A DNA stretch of 64,000 nt from Chloroflexota bacterium. GTDB taxonomy: Bacteria > Chloroflexota > Limnocylindria > Limnocylindrales > CSP1-4. The stretch is from the NCBI GenBank assembly GCA_040905225.1, contig JBBDRY010000110.1:26395-90394 (forward strand), written 5' to 3'. A model generated the notes under the pieces. It was given only the letters and a program-made list of their open reading frames with translations, made no database searches and had not been told where the DNA came from. The translations under genes and the position numbers were made by a program. Below are positions 10,018 to 19,976 of the stretch, in pieces. How positions within the stretch are numbered: the stretch's first letter is position 1; each line of letters begins with the position of its first letter.

Positions 10018-11188
10018 TCGCGTCCTCCTCCAGCTGTCTGATCCACTCGCGCGCCTCGCCAGTGACGACCCTGGCAGCGCGCCGCAGTGACGGTACGTCC
10101 CGGGACCCGGTCAGGTACATCGCCGCCACGAGGCCGCTCGCAAAGCGCTCGATCCATTCGTCGACGGCAGCATCGCCCGCCAGCGCGGCCTGGAGAAGCG
10201 GCCGCGCGACACCGACCGCGGTCGCGCCCATGGCAATCGCCTTCGCCGCGTCGAGGCCGGTGCGAACGCCGCCGGTGGCGATAACGGGCAGGCCCGAGCC
10301 ACTCGCGAGCGCAACGCTGACCAGCGTCGGGATCCCCCATGAGGCCAACAGCTCGCCGAGCAGCACTCCCCGGGAGTCGTGGGTCTGACGAGCGCGCGCG
10401 GCCTCGATCGCGGCGAAGCTGGTGCCGCCGCGGCCGCCGACGTCGAGCACCGCTACGCCCGCGCCGCGCAGCCGCACGGCCGTCGTTGCGGACACGCCTG
10501 CGCCAGTCTCTTTGGCGATCACCGGGACTGAAACGCGACCGGCGACCGCCTCGATCGCGGCCAGCCAGCCGCGGGCATCCGGTTGTCCCTCGGGTTGGAC
10601 GAGCTCCTGGACCGCGTTGAGGTGGATGGCCAGGGCATCGGCGCGGATCATCGCGATCAGCGCCTCGATCTCGGCCGGTTCCACCGCCGGTCGGTCTGCC
10701 TGGGGCACGAGCTGGGCGACACCGATGTTCGCGATCAGCAATGCAGTTGGCGCCGCCTCGCGCGCCGCGGCATACGTCCGCGCGAGCGCCGGCTCGATGA
10801 GCGCGGCACGTTGGCTACCGACGCCCATGGCGAGCCCGTGTCGCTCCGCCGCGCGCGCGAGCGTCGTATTGATGGTCTCGCCACCGGCGAATCCGCCGGT
10901 CATCGCGGCGATGACGAGCGGCAGGCGGAGGCGCTTCCCGAGGAGCTCTACCGAGGTATCGATATGCTCGGGTGCGGCCTCCGGCAGTGCCTCGTGCACC
11001 AGTTGGACGTCGTCGAATCCCGCCCGGCCACCACTGGGTAACTCCTCACCGGCGGCAAGTTCGACGTGTTCGCGCTTGCGCCGCTCGATCTGCGTCGTGC
11101 GCGCCTCGCGTTCAGCGTCGCCGGCACGAGGATCGAGCGTCGACGGCCGGTCCTCGGAAGTGGTCACGGCATACAATCGTATCCCCAC
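10010..11188 (-). CDS. fni: type 2 isopentenyl-diphosphate delta-isomerase (FMN-dependent IDI-2)
   Basis: ERRKREHVELA, AAMTGG, AIHLNAVQE, VIAKETGAG and IATGGVRTG align with the B. subtilis Fni pattern. Start uncertain; ~30 aa N-terminal extension in the ORF. Confidence 0.8.
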   Translation of the reverse strand: MGIRLYAVTTSEDRPSTLDPRAGDAEREARTTQIERRKREHVELAAGEELPSGGRAGFDDVQLVHEALPEAAPEHIDTSVELLGKRLRLPLVIAAMTGGFAGGETINTTLARAAERHGLAMGVGSQRAALIEPALARTYAAAREAAPTALLIANIGVAQLVPQADRPAVEPAEIEALIAMIRADALAIHLNAVQELVQPEGQPDARGWLAAIEAVAGRVSVPVIAKETGAGVSATTAVRLRGAGVAVLDVGGRGGTSFAAIEAARARQTHDSRGVLLGELLASWGIPTLVSVALASGSGLPVIATGGVRTGLDAAKAIAMGATAVGVARPLLQAALAGDAAVDEWIERFASGLVAAMYLTGSRDVPSLRRAARVVTGEAREWIRQLEEDANG

Positions 11189-11217
11189 CTACCCCGAGTC
11201 CCCGAGGAGAGTTTCCG

Positions 11218-12222
11218 ATGCCGGAGTTGCCTCGCGTCGCCCTGATCGTCACGGGCGGCACCATCGATTCCGTCGGCGTCGATCGGCTCGATCTGGCGTG
11301 GTACATCGAGGCTGCGAAGCGGCTTCCAGAAGGCGAGCTCCTCGATAGCCTGCCCGAGCTGTCGCGGGTCGCACAGGTCGCCGAGGTCCCCTTCCGGCGG
11401 ATCCCCAGCCAGGCCATAACCTTCCAGGACTGGATTGACCTCGTCCACCGAATCCACGAGACCTTCAGCGCCGACGAGGCGGACGGCATCGTGATCACCC
11501 ACGGGACGAACACCCTCGAGGAAACGGCCTACTTCCTCCACCTGACACTGAAGACCGACCGTCCAGTCGTCATCGTCGGCAGCATGCGACCGTCGTCGGG
11601 GCTGTCCGCCGACGGCTACCTCAACGTCCTGAACGCCGTCCGGGTCGCCGCCGACCCGCAGTCGCGTGGAATGGGCGTGCTGGTCGTGCTCAACGACACG
11701 ATCCACAGCGCGCGCGACGTCACCAAGACTGCGACTTATCGCCTGGAGGCGTTCCAGGGCAGGGACCTCGGCCCGCTGGGCTACTCCGACGCCGACGGCC
11801 GGGTTCTCTACTATCACCGGCCCGTTCGGCCGCACACGACCGCGACCGACTTCGACGTCGACGAGTTGGGCGCGGACATACCCCGTGTCGACCTCGTCGT
11901 CAGCTACGTCGGCGCCGACGGAAGCGCGATCGACGCCGCCGTGGCGGCCGGTGCTCGGGGGATCGTCTCGGCCGGGACGGGCGCGGGTCGGCCGACGCCG
12001 GGCGAGGATGAGGCCCTGGCGAGGGCGCGGGCGCAAGGAGTTGTCATCTGCCAGGGCACGCGAGTCGGCTCGGGTCGCACGGTGCAGAGCCCCAAGGCGC
12101 GCGAGCGCGGAGACATCGGCGCGGACAACCTCGTGCCCTGGAAGGCGCGCATCCTGCTCACCCTGGGTCTCGCGAAGACCTCCGACCCACAGGAGCTCCA
12201 GCGGCTCTTCGACAAGTACTAG
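11218..12222 (+). CDS. L-asparaginase (type II family)
   Basis: LIVTGGTIDS and GIVITHGTNTLEETAYFL match AnsB motifs. RBS-like GGAGAG precedes ATG 11218. Confidence 0.85.
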   Translation: MPELPRVALIVTGGTIDSVGVDRLDLAWYIEAAKRLPEGELLDSLPELSRVAQVAEVPFRRIPSQAITFQDWIDLVHRIHETFSADEADGIVITHGTNTLEETAYFLHLTLKTDRPVVIVGSMRPSSGLSADGYLNVLNAVRVAADPQSRGMGVLVVLNDTIHSARDVTKTATYRLEAFQGRDLGPLGYSDADGRVLYYHRPVRPHTTATDFDVDELGADIPRVDLVVSYVGADGSAIDAAVAAGARGIVSAGTGAGRPTPGEDEALARARAQGVVICQGTRVGSGRTVQSPKARERGDIGADNLVPWKARILLTLGLAKTSDPQELQRLFDKY

Positions 12223-13436
12223 CGGAGAGTCGCGAGAACCTCCAGCTCGGAGTCGCCGCGCGCTTCCTCTTCCAGGGCGAGCAGCTCGGCGCTTACCCAC
12301 ACGGTCCCGTCGAGGATGTGGCGCGCCGTTCGGCCAATGCGAACGCCGTCGATGACCACCTGGCCGTCGGCCTCGTGCGCGGTGACGAGGACGTCCATCG
12401 CGCCGTAGGGGTTGCCGATCCTGATCCGGTCTCGATCACGGCGCTGGGTCGCCGGCCGGGTAACTCGATGCACTAGCGTGCCGTCCGTGGCGGCCGCAGC
12501 GCCGATGCAGATCGCGCCGGTCACCTGGAGGGAGCGGTGGGCGGTCTGCATGCTCATCGATCGGACCAGTAGGTCGACGGCGTCGGCCGGGACTGCGTCG
12601 CCGGTTGTGGCGACGTACTCGGACGGCGGCGCAATCATCGCTACCTTGGGCAGCCCCGGGCTCTTGCTGAGCGCCACGTCGCGGGAGGGGACGATGCCCA
12701 TCCGCTCGGCCGCGATGGCTCGGATCTCCTCCAGCGTGTCGCACAGGCCGACGTTCGCCTCGATCTCGTCGGGCGCCTCGCTGCCCCGCGCGCCAACGTC
12801 CTCGGCAAGCACGAAGACGCATGGATTGCCGGCGTCGACGAGCGAAACGCGGACGGACCGGCCGTCGGCGAGCGTCATCTCTTCGTCGGGGCGACCAGTC
12901 GGCAGCAGCTTGCCGGTGACTGAGCCGGCCGGGTCGGTGAACTCGAGGTCCACTCGCGCACCGGTGCCGGGGACTCCGGGGATCGCGTAGTCGCCGTGGC
13001 GGACGGCGCGCCCGTGACGAACCGGGACGTGCGCGACGATGATCTTGCCGGTGTTCGTGTTGTGGATACGGACGATGGTCTCGCCCTCGACTGCGGGGAC
13101 AAGCCCAGCATCGATCGCGAACGGGCCGACGGCAGACGAAATGTTGCCGCAGTTACCGCCCCAGTCGACCAGCGGCGTCTTGATGTCAACCTGGGCGAAC
13201 GTGTAGTCGATGTCGGCGTCGCCGCGGCTGGGCGGTCCGATGATCGCCGCCTTGCTCGTGTTCGGCGTAGCGCCAGCCAGTCCGTTGATCTGTCGCGCGT
13301 CCGGGCTTCCGAACACGTCCCGCAGGATGGGTTCGATCCTCTCGCGAGCGTGCGGCAGATTCTTGGCGAGAAAGAAGATGCCGCGGCTCGTGCCGCCGCG
13401 CAGGATCGAGATCGGCAGCGGACGGACGTCGCTCAT
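12219..13436 (-). CDS. PrpF/AcnD-accessory-family isomerase (3-methylitaconate isomerase or 4-oxalomesaconate tautomerase-like)
   Basis: ISILRGGTSRGIFF N-terminus and ~405 aa length. Start chosen at MSDVRPL; the ORF track start 13520 adds an Arg-rich extension. Confidence 0.7.
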   Translation of the reverse strand: MSDVRPLPISILRGGTSRGIFFLAKNLPHARERIEPILRDVFGSPDARQINGLAGATPNTSKAAIIGPPSRGDADIDYTFAQVDIKTPLVDWGGNCGNISSAVGPFAIDAGLVPAVEGETIVRIHNTNTGKIIVAHVPVRHGRAVRHGDYAIPGVPGTGARVDLEFTDPAGSVTGKLLPTGRPDEEMTLADGRSVRVSLVDAGNPCVFVLAEDVGARGSEAPDEIEANVGLCDTLEEIRAIAAERMGIVPSRDVALSKSPGLPKVAMIAPPSEYVATTGDAVPADAVDLLVRSMSMQTAHRSLQVTGAICIGAAAATDGTLVHRVTRPATQRRDRDRIRIGNPYGAMDVLVTAHEADGQVVIDGVRIGRTARHILDGTVWVSAELLALEEEARGDSELEVLATLR

Positions 13437-14338
13437 TGGTTCCGATTCTCCACCTTGGCGTAACGCTCCGCCAGCACGCGGTATTCGCCGAGCCCGACGA
13501 GGCGCTGGCGCTCGTCCCACGGAAGCAGGCGATCGGCCAATGAGCCGGACGTGCCGTCGCGGCGCAGCACCGCGAGGCCTTCCTGGACGGCGCGCGCCGC
13601 GAGACGCAGCGCGGTGTTGGCGAACAGGACGATGCGGTAACCCAATGCGCCGAGCTCCGCGGCCGAGAGCTCCGGCGTCCGGCCACCCTCCACCACGTTT
13701 GCGAGCAGTGGCGCGGGGATCTCCGCCGGCAGCCGCTGGAGCACCTCGCGCGATGGCGGCGCCTCGACGAAGACGACGTCAGCGCCCGCCTCCGCGTAAG
13801 CCCGCCCACGCTCGATCGCCTCGTCCACCCCGAGGCTGGCCAGCGCGTCCGTACGGGCGATGACGACGAGATCCTGGTCCCTGCGTGCGTCGAGCACGGC
13901 CGCCAGCTTGCCCAGGAATTCCACAGCCGGGATGACCTCGGTTCCCTCGAAGTGGCCGCAATGCTTGGGGAAGACCTGATCCTCGATCTGCACACCGGCC
14001 ACGCCGGCCCGCTCAAACGCACGCATGGCACGCGCGGCGTTCAGCGCGTTGCCGTATCCGGTATCGAGATCGGCGACCACCGGCACGTCGACGGCGGCAA
14101 CGATGCGCTCGACCTGGGTGAGCATCTCGGTCGCGGTCAGGAGCCCGATGTCGGGCACGCCGAGCTGCGCGTTCGCGATGCCGGCACCCGTGGCATAGAC
14201 CGCCTCGAAGCCGGCCTCGACCACGATTCGCGCGGTCAAAGCGTCGGCGCAGCCGACCAGCAGTAGCGGATCGCCTGGGCCTTCGATGAGTGACCGCAGC
14301 TGCACCGTTGGCGAGTCAGCGCTGGTGGACCCGGACAT
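13433..14338 (-). CDS. isocitrate lyase/PEP mutase-family lyase (methylisocitrate or dimethylmalate lyase, or oxaloacetate decarboxylase-like)
   Basis: KHCGH signature, DTGYGN motif, 301 aa. 4-nt overlap with the PrpF-like gene. Confidence 0.75.
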   Translation of the reverse strand: MSGSTSADSPTVQLRSLIEGPGDPLLLVGCADALTARIVVEAGFEAVYATGAGIANAQLGVPDIGLLTATEMLTQVERIVAAVDVPVVADLDTGYGNALNAARAMRAFERAGVAGVQIEDQVFPKHCGHFEGTEVIPAVEFLGKLAAVLDARRDQDLVVIARTDALASLGVDEAIERGRAYAEAGADVVFVEAPPSREVLQRLPAEIPAPLLANVVEGGRTPELSAAELGALGYRIVLFANTALRLAARAVQEGLAVLRRDGTSGSLADRLLPWDERQRLVGLGEYRVLAERYAKVENRNQ

Positions 14339-14344
14339 AGGTCC

Positions 14345-14941
14345 TCAGCGCTCGAGCAGCCGGCGCGCGAGCTCATCGAAGCGCTCGGCAGGCACGAAGA
14401 CGACCCCGCCGTCGTCGGCGATGACGACGTCGCCCGGGCGGACCTGGACCCCACAGATCGCGACCTGTTCTCCGAACGCGGCCGCCTCCAGCCGCCAGCG
14501 ACCGGTGATCGGCGTCCGTGTGGATGCCCAGCACGGGAAGCCGAGGCGGGCGAGGCCCTCGATGTCACGAACCGCTCCGTCTACAACGGCGCCGACGATC
14601 CCTGCGCGTCGCAGCGCATCGGCGGCCTCGGACCCGAGCACGGACACGTCCGGCCGGGGACTCTGGACGACCATCACGTCACCCGGCCGCGCGACCTCGA
14701 CGAGTCGCTTGTTGCCGAGCCTTCCCTCCGGGTCCTCCCGCCTCAGCGCGCCCGGCTCGCGCCGTTCTGGAAGGTAGCGAACTGTCGTCGCCGGTCCGAT
14801 GAGCCGCGACCCAGCGTCCGTGGGCGCCAGCCGGCTGGCCGGGACGGCGAGTCGGTAGCCCTCGCGCTCGAGCAGATCGCTGAATTCGGCCGAAAGGTCA
14901 GGAACCGTGCGCAGTCTTTCGACGACAGCCTGGTCGAGCAC
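14345..14941 (-). CDS. RraA-family protein (HMG/CHA aldolase-like)
   Basis: 198 aa. GAVVDGAVRDIEGLARLGFPCWA is the RraA/MenG-family core. Confidence 0.7.
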   Translation of the reverse strand: MLDQAVVERLRTVPDLSAEFSDLLEREGYRLAVPASRLAPTDAGSRLIGPATTVRYLPERREPGALRREDPEGRLGNKRLVEVARPGDVMVVQSPRPDVSVLGSEAADALRRAGIVGAVVDGAVRDIEGLARLGFPCWASTRTPITGRWRLEAAAFGEQVAICGVQVRPGDVVIADDGGVVFVPAERFDELARRLLER

Positions 14942-14947
14942 GTCGGT

Positions 14948-15811
14948 CTAGAGGAGCCGCGCGGCCGCGTCGAGCTGGTCGAGCTCGAGCAGCGTCGGGA
15001 AGAGGTACAGGATGTCCAGACCGGCTTCGCGGTACTCTCCGACCTGGTCGCGCAGCGCCGCATCGTCACCGGTGTGGGCCATCTCGAGGAACGGCTTGCG
15101 CAAGGTGCCGTAATAGTGCTTGAGGTTGCTCTCGGCCTGATCCAGCCGGTTGGGATCGTCGGTCGCCGCGAAATAGGCGAGGCCGCCGATCGGGAGATCC
15201 GGGCGGCCGGCCGCGCGGTACGCAGCGCGTATCTCAGGGATCTTCGCGCGCATCGCCGCGACCCCGGCGACGCCGAAGATGTAGCCGTCGCCGAGCGTCA
15301 CGGCGCGCTTCAGCGCGTCCGGCTGGTAGCCGCCGACCCGGATCGGCGGCCGCGGGCGCTGGACGGGCGGTGGTCCGAGGACGCCCGATTCGTCGCCGTG
15401 CTCGATGGAGCGTCGCCATGCCTCGTCGATGCGGCGGAGCTGGCGCTCGAAGCGGCGGCCGCGCCCGGCCATGTCGCTACCGAGGGCGGTGTAGTCCTGC
15501 TCGCGCCCGCCGAGCCCGACACCCAGCTCGAATCGCCCCCCGGAGATGGCATCGATTGCTGCCGACTGCATCGCCACGAGCCCGGCATCCCGCGCAGGCA
15601 GGATCAGGACCGTGGTCACCAGCCGCACGCGGCGGGTGAGGGGAGCCACAGCAGCCAGGGTTATGAGCGGGTCCCAGGTGTCGTGGTCCGGACGGTCGTG
15701 CGCCGAGACCGCCGCGAACCCGGCCTCGTCGGCGCGACGGGCCCACTCGAGGACGAGGGGCGGATCAACGGCAGTGCCGAGGTACCCGGGAAGCCCGATG
15801 CCAAGCTCCAA
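14948..15811 (-). CDS. LLM-class F420-dependent oxidoreductase
   Basis: Luciferase-like monooxygenase fold, 287 aa. First gene of the minus-strand operon LLM, RraA-like, ICL/PEPM, PrpF-like. Confidence 0.6.
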   Translation of the reverse strand: MELGIGLPGYLGTAVDPPLVLEWARRADEAGFAAVSAHDRPDHDTWDPLITLAAVAPLTRRVRLVTTVLILPARDAGLVAMQSAAIDAISGGRFELGVGLGGREQDYTALGSDMAGRGRRFERQLRRIDEAWRRSIEHGDESGVLGPPPVQRPRPPIRVGGYQPDALKRAVTLGDGYIFGVAGVAAMRAKIPEIRAAYRAAGRPDLPIGGLAYFAATDDPNRLDQAESNLKHYYGTLRKPFLEMAHTGDDAALRDQVGEYREAGLDILYLFPTLLELDQLDAAARLL

Positions 15812-15984
15812 AGGCTGTCTCCCTGTGCGACGAAAGGGCCCGGTCGGTGCGCCTCGTTGCGTTATCGTTCTCTACGGCGTACGGCTGTATGCACGGGGCG
15901 CCGAGGGCACGATAGCGGCTGCCACGACGCGCCGCCAGAGCGCTTGCGGACTGACCGGGATGAGCGGTTGGGAGGTACCTTTTC

Positions 15985-16467
15985 GTGACCGAGTCGCTGA
16001 CGTTCCGCGTCAATGGCGCCTCTCGGACGGTCGAGACGGAGCCATGGACTCCCGTGCTCGAGGTTCTTCGCGAGCGTCTCGGCCTGACCGGGACGAAGGA
16101 GGGCTGCGCGGTCGGGGTCTGCGGACTCTGCTCCGTCACCGTCGACGGCGAGCTCCTCTCGGCATGCCTCGTGCCGGTTGCCGCAGTCGCCGGATGCGAC
16201 ATCACCACGGTGGAGGGGCTGGCCGACCAGGAGCGGCTCTCCACGATGCAGGATCAGTTCATCGCGCATGGCGGGTTCCAATGCGGCATCTGCACGCCCG
16301 GTCAGCTCATCGCCGCAACTGCCTTGCTCGACGAGAATCCGCGCCCGAGCGAAGACGACATCCGTGACTGGCTGGGCGGCAACCTGTGTCGCTGCACTGG
16401 CTACCAACAGATCGTGGACTCGGTCAGCGCTGCCGCCGCCTCACGGGCTGGGGACGTCGCGGCATGA
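15985..16467 (+). CDS. (2Fe-2S)-binding small subunit (CoxS-like, set 2)
   Basis: CAVGVCGLCSV, CGICTPGQ and CRCTGY motifs. GTG start. ATGA overlap with the following large subunit. Confidence 0.85.
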   Translation: MTESLTFRVNGASRTVETEPWTPVLEVLRERLGLTGTKEGCAVGVCGLCSVTVDGELLSACLVPVAAVAGCDITTVEGLADQERLSTMQDQFIAHGGFQCGICTPGQLIAATALLDENPRPSEDDIRDWLGGNLCRCTGYQQIVDSVSAAAASRAGDVAA

Positions 16468-18776
16468 GCGACCATCCTGATCATCACGGGCACGACGTGC
16501 CAGCCCGCCCGGCGCCGGCTTCGCTCGCGGGACCCGAACGGCGCCTGGATGGCCGAGCGAAGGTCACCGGAAGCGCGAAGTATGCGGCCGACCGTCACAT
16601 CCCCGGCGAGCTCGTTGCCCGTTTCCTCGCCAGTCCTCTGCCGCACGCTCGCATCGTCGACATCGACGTCACGCGGGCGAGCGCCGTGCGAGGCGTTCTG
16701 GCCGTACTCACCGGCCGTGACATCGGCCCGGTCCGTATGGGCCGCCGCCTGCAGGACTGGCCGGTGCTGGCACTGGATCGAGTCCGTTTCGTCGGCGAAC
16801 ACGTTGTCGCGGTCGCGGCCGAGACGGCCGCGACGGCCGAGGAGGCAGTGGGGTTGATTCGCGTCGACTACGAGGCGCTCGACCCGATCCTCGACGTCGA
16901 GCAGGCGCTGGCGGACGGCGCCCCTGTGCTCCATCCCGAGGCCGCCGGGTACGTCTACCTGGGCGGCACGCGGCCTTCGGTCCCGCACCCGAACGTCCAG
17001 GGGCATCGCCTGGTGACGAAGGGCGAGGGCGACATCGACTCGATCTTCGCCTCGGCCGCGCGGGTGTTCGAGCACACCTTCAACATCCCGCCGCTGCCCG
17101 CCGGATACCTCGAACCGCACGCGACCATCGTCTGGATCGACGAGGACGACCTGATCCACATCGTCACTCCGAACAAGGCTCCGTTCAACCTGCGCGCGCA
17201 GATGAGTCAGGCGCTCGGTATCGCGGCCGATCGCATCGTCGTGGAGGTCCCCTACATCGGCGGCGACTTCGGCGGGAAAGGCCTCACGATCGACGAATAC
17301 GCGTGCGTCTTCCTCGCGCGGCAGACGGGTCGGCCGGTCCGGGCGGTGATGTCGGCCGCGGACGATATGGCCACGATGAACCCGCGCCATTCCGCGACGA
17401 TCGCTCTCCGTACGGCGGTCAATTCCGATGGCCGCTTCGTTGCGCACGACGCGCGGATCCTCCTCGACGGCGGCGCGTACGCGGCAGCGAAGCCCCTTCC
17501 CCATCTCACGCTGGCCGGGGCGATCAACACCCTGCCCGCGTACGCCGTACCAAACGTGCGGATTGAAGTCACCGTCGCGTACACGAACAATCCGCCGGCG
17601 GGCCACGTCCGGTCGCCGGGCGAGGTCCAGGCCCTGTTCGCGGGCGAGTCCCACGTCGACGAGATAGCGCGGGCGCTCGGCCGCGACCCGCTCGAGTTCC
17701 GGTTGCTCAACGCCGTGCGCGAAGGAGACAGCGGGATCGACGGGTCGCGCTTTCGCGAGCCGCGAGCTGTGGAGATCCTGGAGACCATCCGTCGTGAATC
17801 GCGCTGGGACGAGCCACGGCCGCCCGGAGTGGGTCGCGGAGTCGCTCTCGCCGTGCGGCATATCGGCGGCGGTAAGACGGGCCTTCGCGTCCGCTGCTCG
17901 CCCGCCGGACAGATCCGCGTCGTGACCGGCGCGCCGGACCAGGGAGGCGGTGTCGCAACTGTCATCCGGCGCGTCATGGCCGCCTCGCTGGGCATCGACG
18001 AGGCGAGCGTCGAGGTCGTCCATGGCTCGACCGCCGAGGCGCCCTTCGACATGGGTGTCGGCGGTAGCAGGGCGACCCATCTCGCGAGCCGCGCCGCCGA
18101 GCGGGCCGCCCAGCAGCTGATCGAGGCTCTCGAAGAGCGCATCGAGCCGCGCGTGGCACAGCACGTGGATTTCGAATCCGGGACCTTCGTCGGCGAACGC
18201 GGCCGCCGGCTGTCGTTCGGCGAGGCCGCGGCACTCGCGCTTTCCGGGGAGATCGAGCTGACCGCGACATACGAGGCCGCGGTCCACGACGACGATGAGC
18301 CGGGCGACTTCAACTTCTCCGGCTACGGCATCGCCGTGGAGGTCGATCGGGAGACCGGAGTCGTCCGCGTGCGCGACGCGGTGCTGGTGGCCGACGTCGG
18401 GACGGTCATAAACCCAGTCGCACACCGCGGCCAACTGCTCGGCGGGTTCGCGTTCGGGATCGGGGCCGCTCTGACCGAGGAGCTGGTGCGCGCCGATGGT
18501 CAGGTGGTCAGCGCCAACCTCGGAGAGATGAAGCTGCCGACGGCCGAGGACGTGCCGCCGCTGCGCATCGTGGAGATACCCACGGCCGTCGGACCGGGCG
18601 CGTTCGGCGCGAAGATGGCCGGCGAGCTCACTAACACGGCCGTTGCGCCGGCGATCGCCAACGCGGTGCGCGACGCCGTCGGCGTCCGCGTCACGAGCCT
18701 GCCCATCAAACCCGAGACGGTCCTCCGCGGCCTGATCGAGGCGGCGACCGAACGCGAGCGGGTGCCCACGGCTTGA
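16464..18776 (+). CDS. xanthine dehydrogenase-family molybdopterin-binding large subunit (set 2)
   Basis: 770 aa. N-terminus RLDGRAKVTGSAKYAAD...ASPLPHARI. Active-site loop PAGHVRSPGE differs from sets 1 and 3, so the substrate class is probably different. Confidence 0.8.
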   Translation: MSDHPDHHGHDVPARPAPASLAGPERRLDGRAKVTGSAKYAADRHIPGELVARFLASPLPHARIVDIDVTRASAVRGVLAVLTGRDIGPVRMGRRLQDWPVLALDRVRFVGEHVVAVAAETAATAEEAVGLIRVDYEALDPILDVEQALADGAPVLHPEAAGYVYLGGTRPSVPHPNVQGHRLVTKGEGDIDSIFASAARVFEHTFNIPPLPAGYLEPHATIVWIDEDDLIHIVTPNKAPFNLRAQMSQALGIAADRIVVEVPYIGGDFGGKGLTIDEYACVFLARQTGRPVRAVMSAADDMATMNPRHSATIALRTAVNSDGRFVAHDARILLDGGAYAAAKPLPHLTLAGAINTLPAYAVPNVRIEVTVAYTNNPPAGHVRSPGEVQALFAGESHVDEIARALGRDPLEFRLLNAVREGDSGIDGSRFREPRAVEILETIRRESRWDEPRPPGVGRGVALAVRHIGGGKTGLRVRCSPAGQIRVVTGAPDQGGGVATVIRRVMAASLGIDEASVEVVHGSTAEAPFDMGVGGSRATHLASRAAERAAQQLIEALEERIEPRVAQHVDFESGTFVGERGRRLSFGEAAALALSGEIELTATYEAAVHDDDEPGDFNFSGYGIAVEVDRETGVVRVRDAVLVADVGTVINPVAHRGQLLGGFAFGIGAALTEELVRADGQVVSANLGEMKLPTAEDVPPLRIVEIPTAVGPGAFGAKMAGELTNTAVAPAIANAVRDAVGVRVTSLPIKPETVLRGLIEAATERERVPTA

Positions 18777-19975
18777 GTCTTCGGGCAAAAGTCTCGGGCG
18801 CGGGAGCCCGCCGTCTCTCGCTCTACCTGACGACGTTCCTGACGCAGCTGGGCACGGGCGTGGCCATCCCCATCCTGCCCGAGCTCCAGGACCAGTTCGG
18901 CGTTTCCATCGCCGCCGTTTCGCTCGTGACCGCGCTGTGGGGGCTGGCTAGGCTGGCTGTCGACCTGCCACTCGCGGGCTTCACCGCGCGGGTTTCGACC
19001 GGGAAGATGCTCCTCGCCGGCGCCGGGTTGCTGGGCGCAGGCGCGCTGGTGTCCGCTCTCGCATCATCGTTCGAGGTCCTGCTCGTGGGACGGATCGTGA
19101 GCGGAGCCGGGGCCGCCGTGCTGGCCATCACCAACACTCTCGCGCTGCTCGCACTCAGCACCCCGGCCAACAAGGGCCGCGTGCTCGGCATCTACCAGGT
19201 CGCCCTCCAGGGCGGCGCCTCGCTGAGCCCGGTCGTGGCGGGCGTGGCCAGCCTGCTGTTCGGCTGGCGCGCCGCGTTCCTTGTCGCCGGGCTCGGGGCC
19301 CTGGCAGGACTGGCCGTGCTCGCTCTCGCAGGCCCGTCAAGAGAGCGCGATGCCGGGCCGCCGGAGCCGCCCGAAGAGGCGCCGCGCCAGGTTCGCGCCT
19401 CCCCGATCTGGCTGGACGTGCTCCTCGCGAACGTCGCCACGTTCGTGCTCTTCTTCATGACCGGGGGCATCTTTTCGAACGTGATGCCGCTCTTCGGGGA
19501 CCGGCTCGGCCTCGACGCAGCCGGAATCGGGCTCGTGCTCAGCATCGCCACCGGGCTGCGCGTGCTCGTCAGCGTCGTCGGTAGCGTGATCTCGGATCGC
19601 ACCGGCCGCCACCCGGTCGTCCTGGCCGGCTTCGCACTGACCCTTGTGCCGTTGCTGCTCTTCCCGTTCGTGGACAGCGTGGTCGCGTTCGCGGCGCTCG
19701 CGTGGTTGATGTCGATCGGTCGGGTGGGCAACACGATGCCGATCGCAATGCTCAGCGACCGAGTGCCCGAGGAGCATCACGGCCGCTGGATAAGCCGCAA
19801 CCGTTTCATCGCTGACCTGGCGCTGTTCATCGGTCCCGTCGTCCTCGGCGTCGCTGTGGACGAGGCCGGGTTCGGCGCCGCGTTCTACCTCGGCGCGCTG
19901 CTCGTCGTCGGCGTCCTCGTGCTGATGCTTGTCGAGTGGCGAGCGCACCGCCGAGCGGGTCAAGCGCCGGCGTGA
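18773..19975 (+). CDS. MFS transporter
   Basis: 400 aa, 12 predicted TM segments. TTGA-type overlap with the upstream gene. Confidence 0.75.
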   Translation: MSLRAKVSGAGARRLSLYLTTFLTQLGTGVAIPILPELQDQFGVSIAAVSLVTALWGLARLAVDLPLAGFTARVSTGKMLLAGAGLLGAGALVSALASSFEVLLVGRIVSGAGAAVLAITNTLALLALSTPANKGRVLGIYQVALQGGASLSPVVAGVASLLFGWRAAFLVAGLGALAGLAVLALAGPSRERDAGPPEPPEEAPRQVRASPIWLDVLLANVATFVLFFMTGGIFSNVMPLFGDRLGLDAAGIGLVLSIATGLRVLVSVVGSVISDRTGRHPVVLAGFALTLVPLLLFPFVDSVVAFAALAWLMSIGRVGNTMPIAMLSDRVPEEHHGRWISRNRFIADLALFIGPVVLGVAVDEAGFGAAFYLGALLVVGVLVLMLVEWRAHRRAGQAPA

Positions 19976-19976
19976 C

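Noticed and set aside
16401-18788. Many long antisense ORFs, e.g. 4439..5194, 10422..11348, 11164..12300, 13186..14031, 16401..18788, 21674..23293, 23353..24660, 27671..29872, 39634..41175, 41279..42717, 43035..45458, 48065..48388
   Set aside because: These are the usual high-GC artefacts. They are Arg/Pro/Ala/Gly-rich and sit antisense to or out of frame with genes that have clear family signatures.
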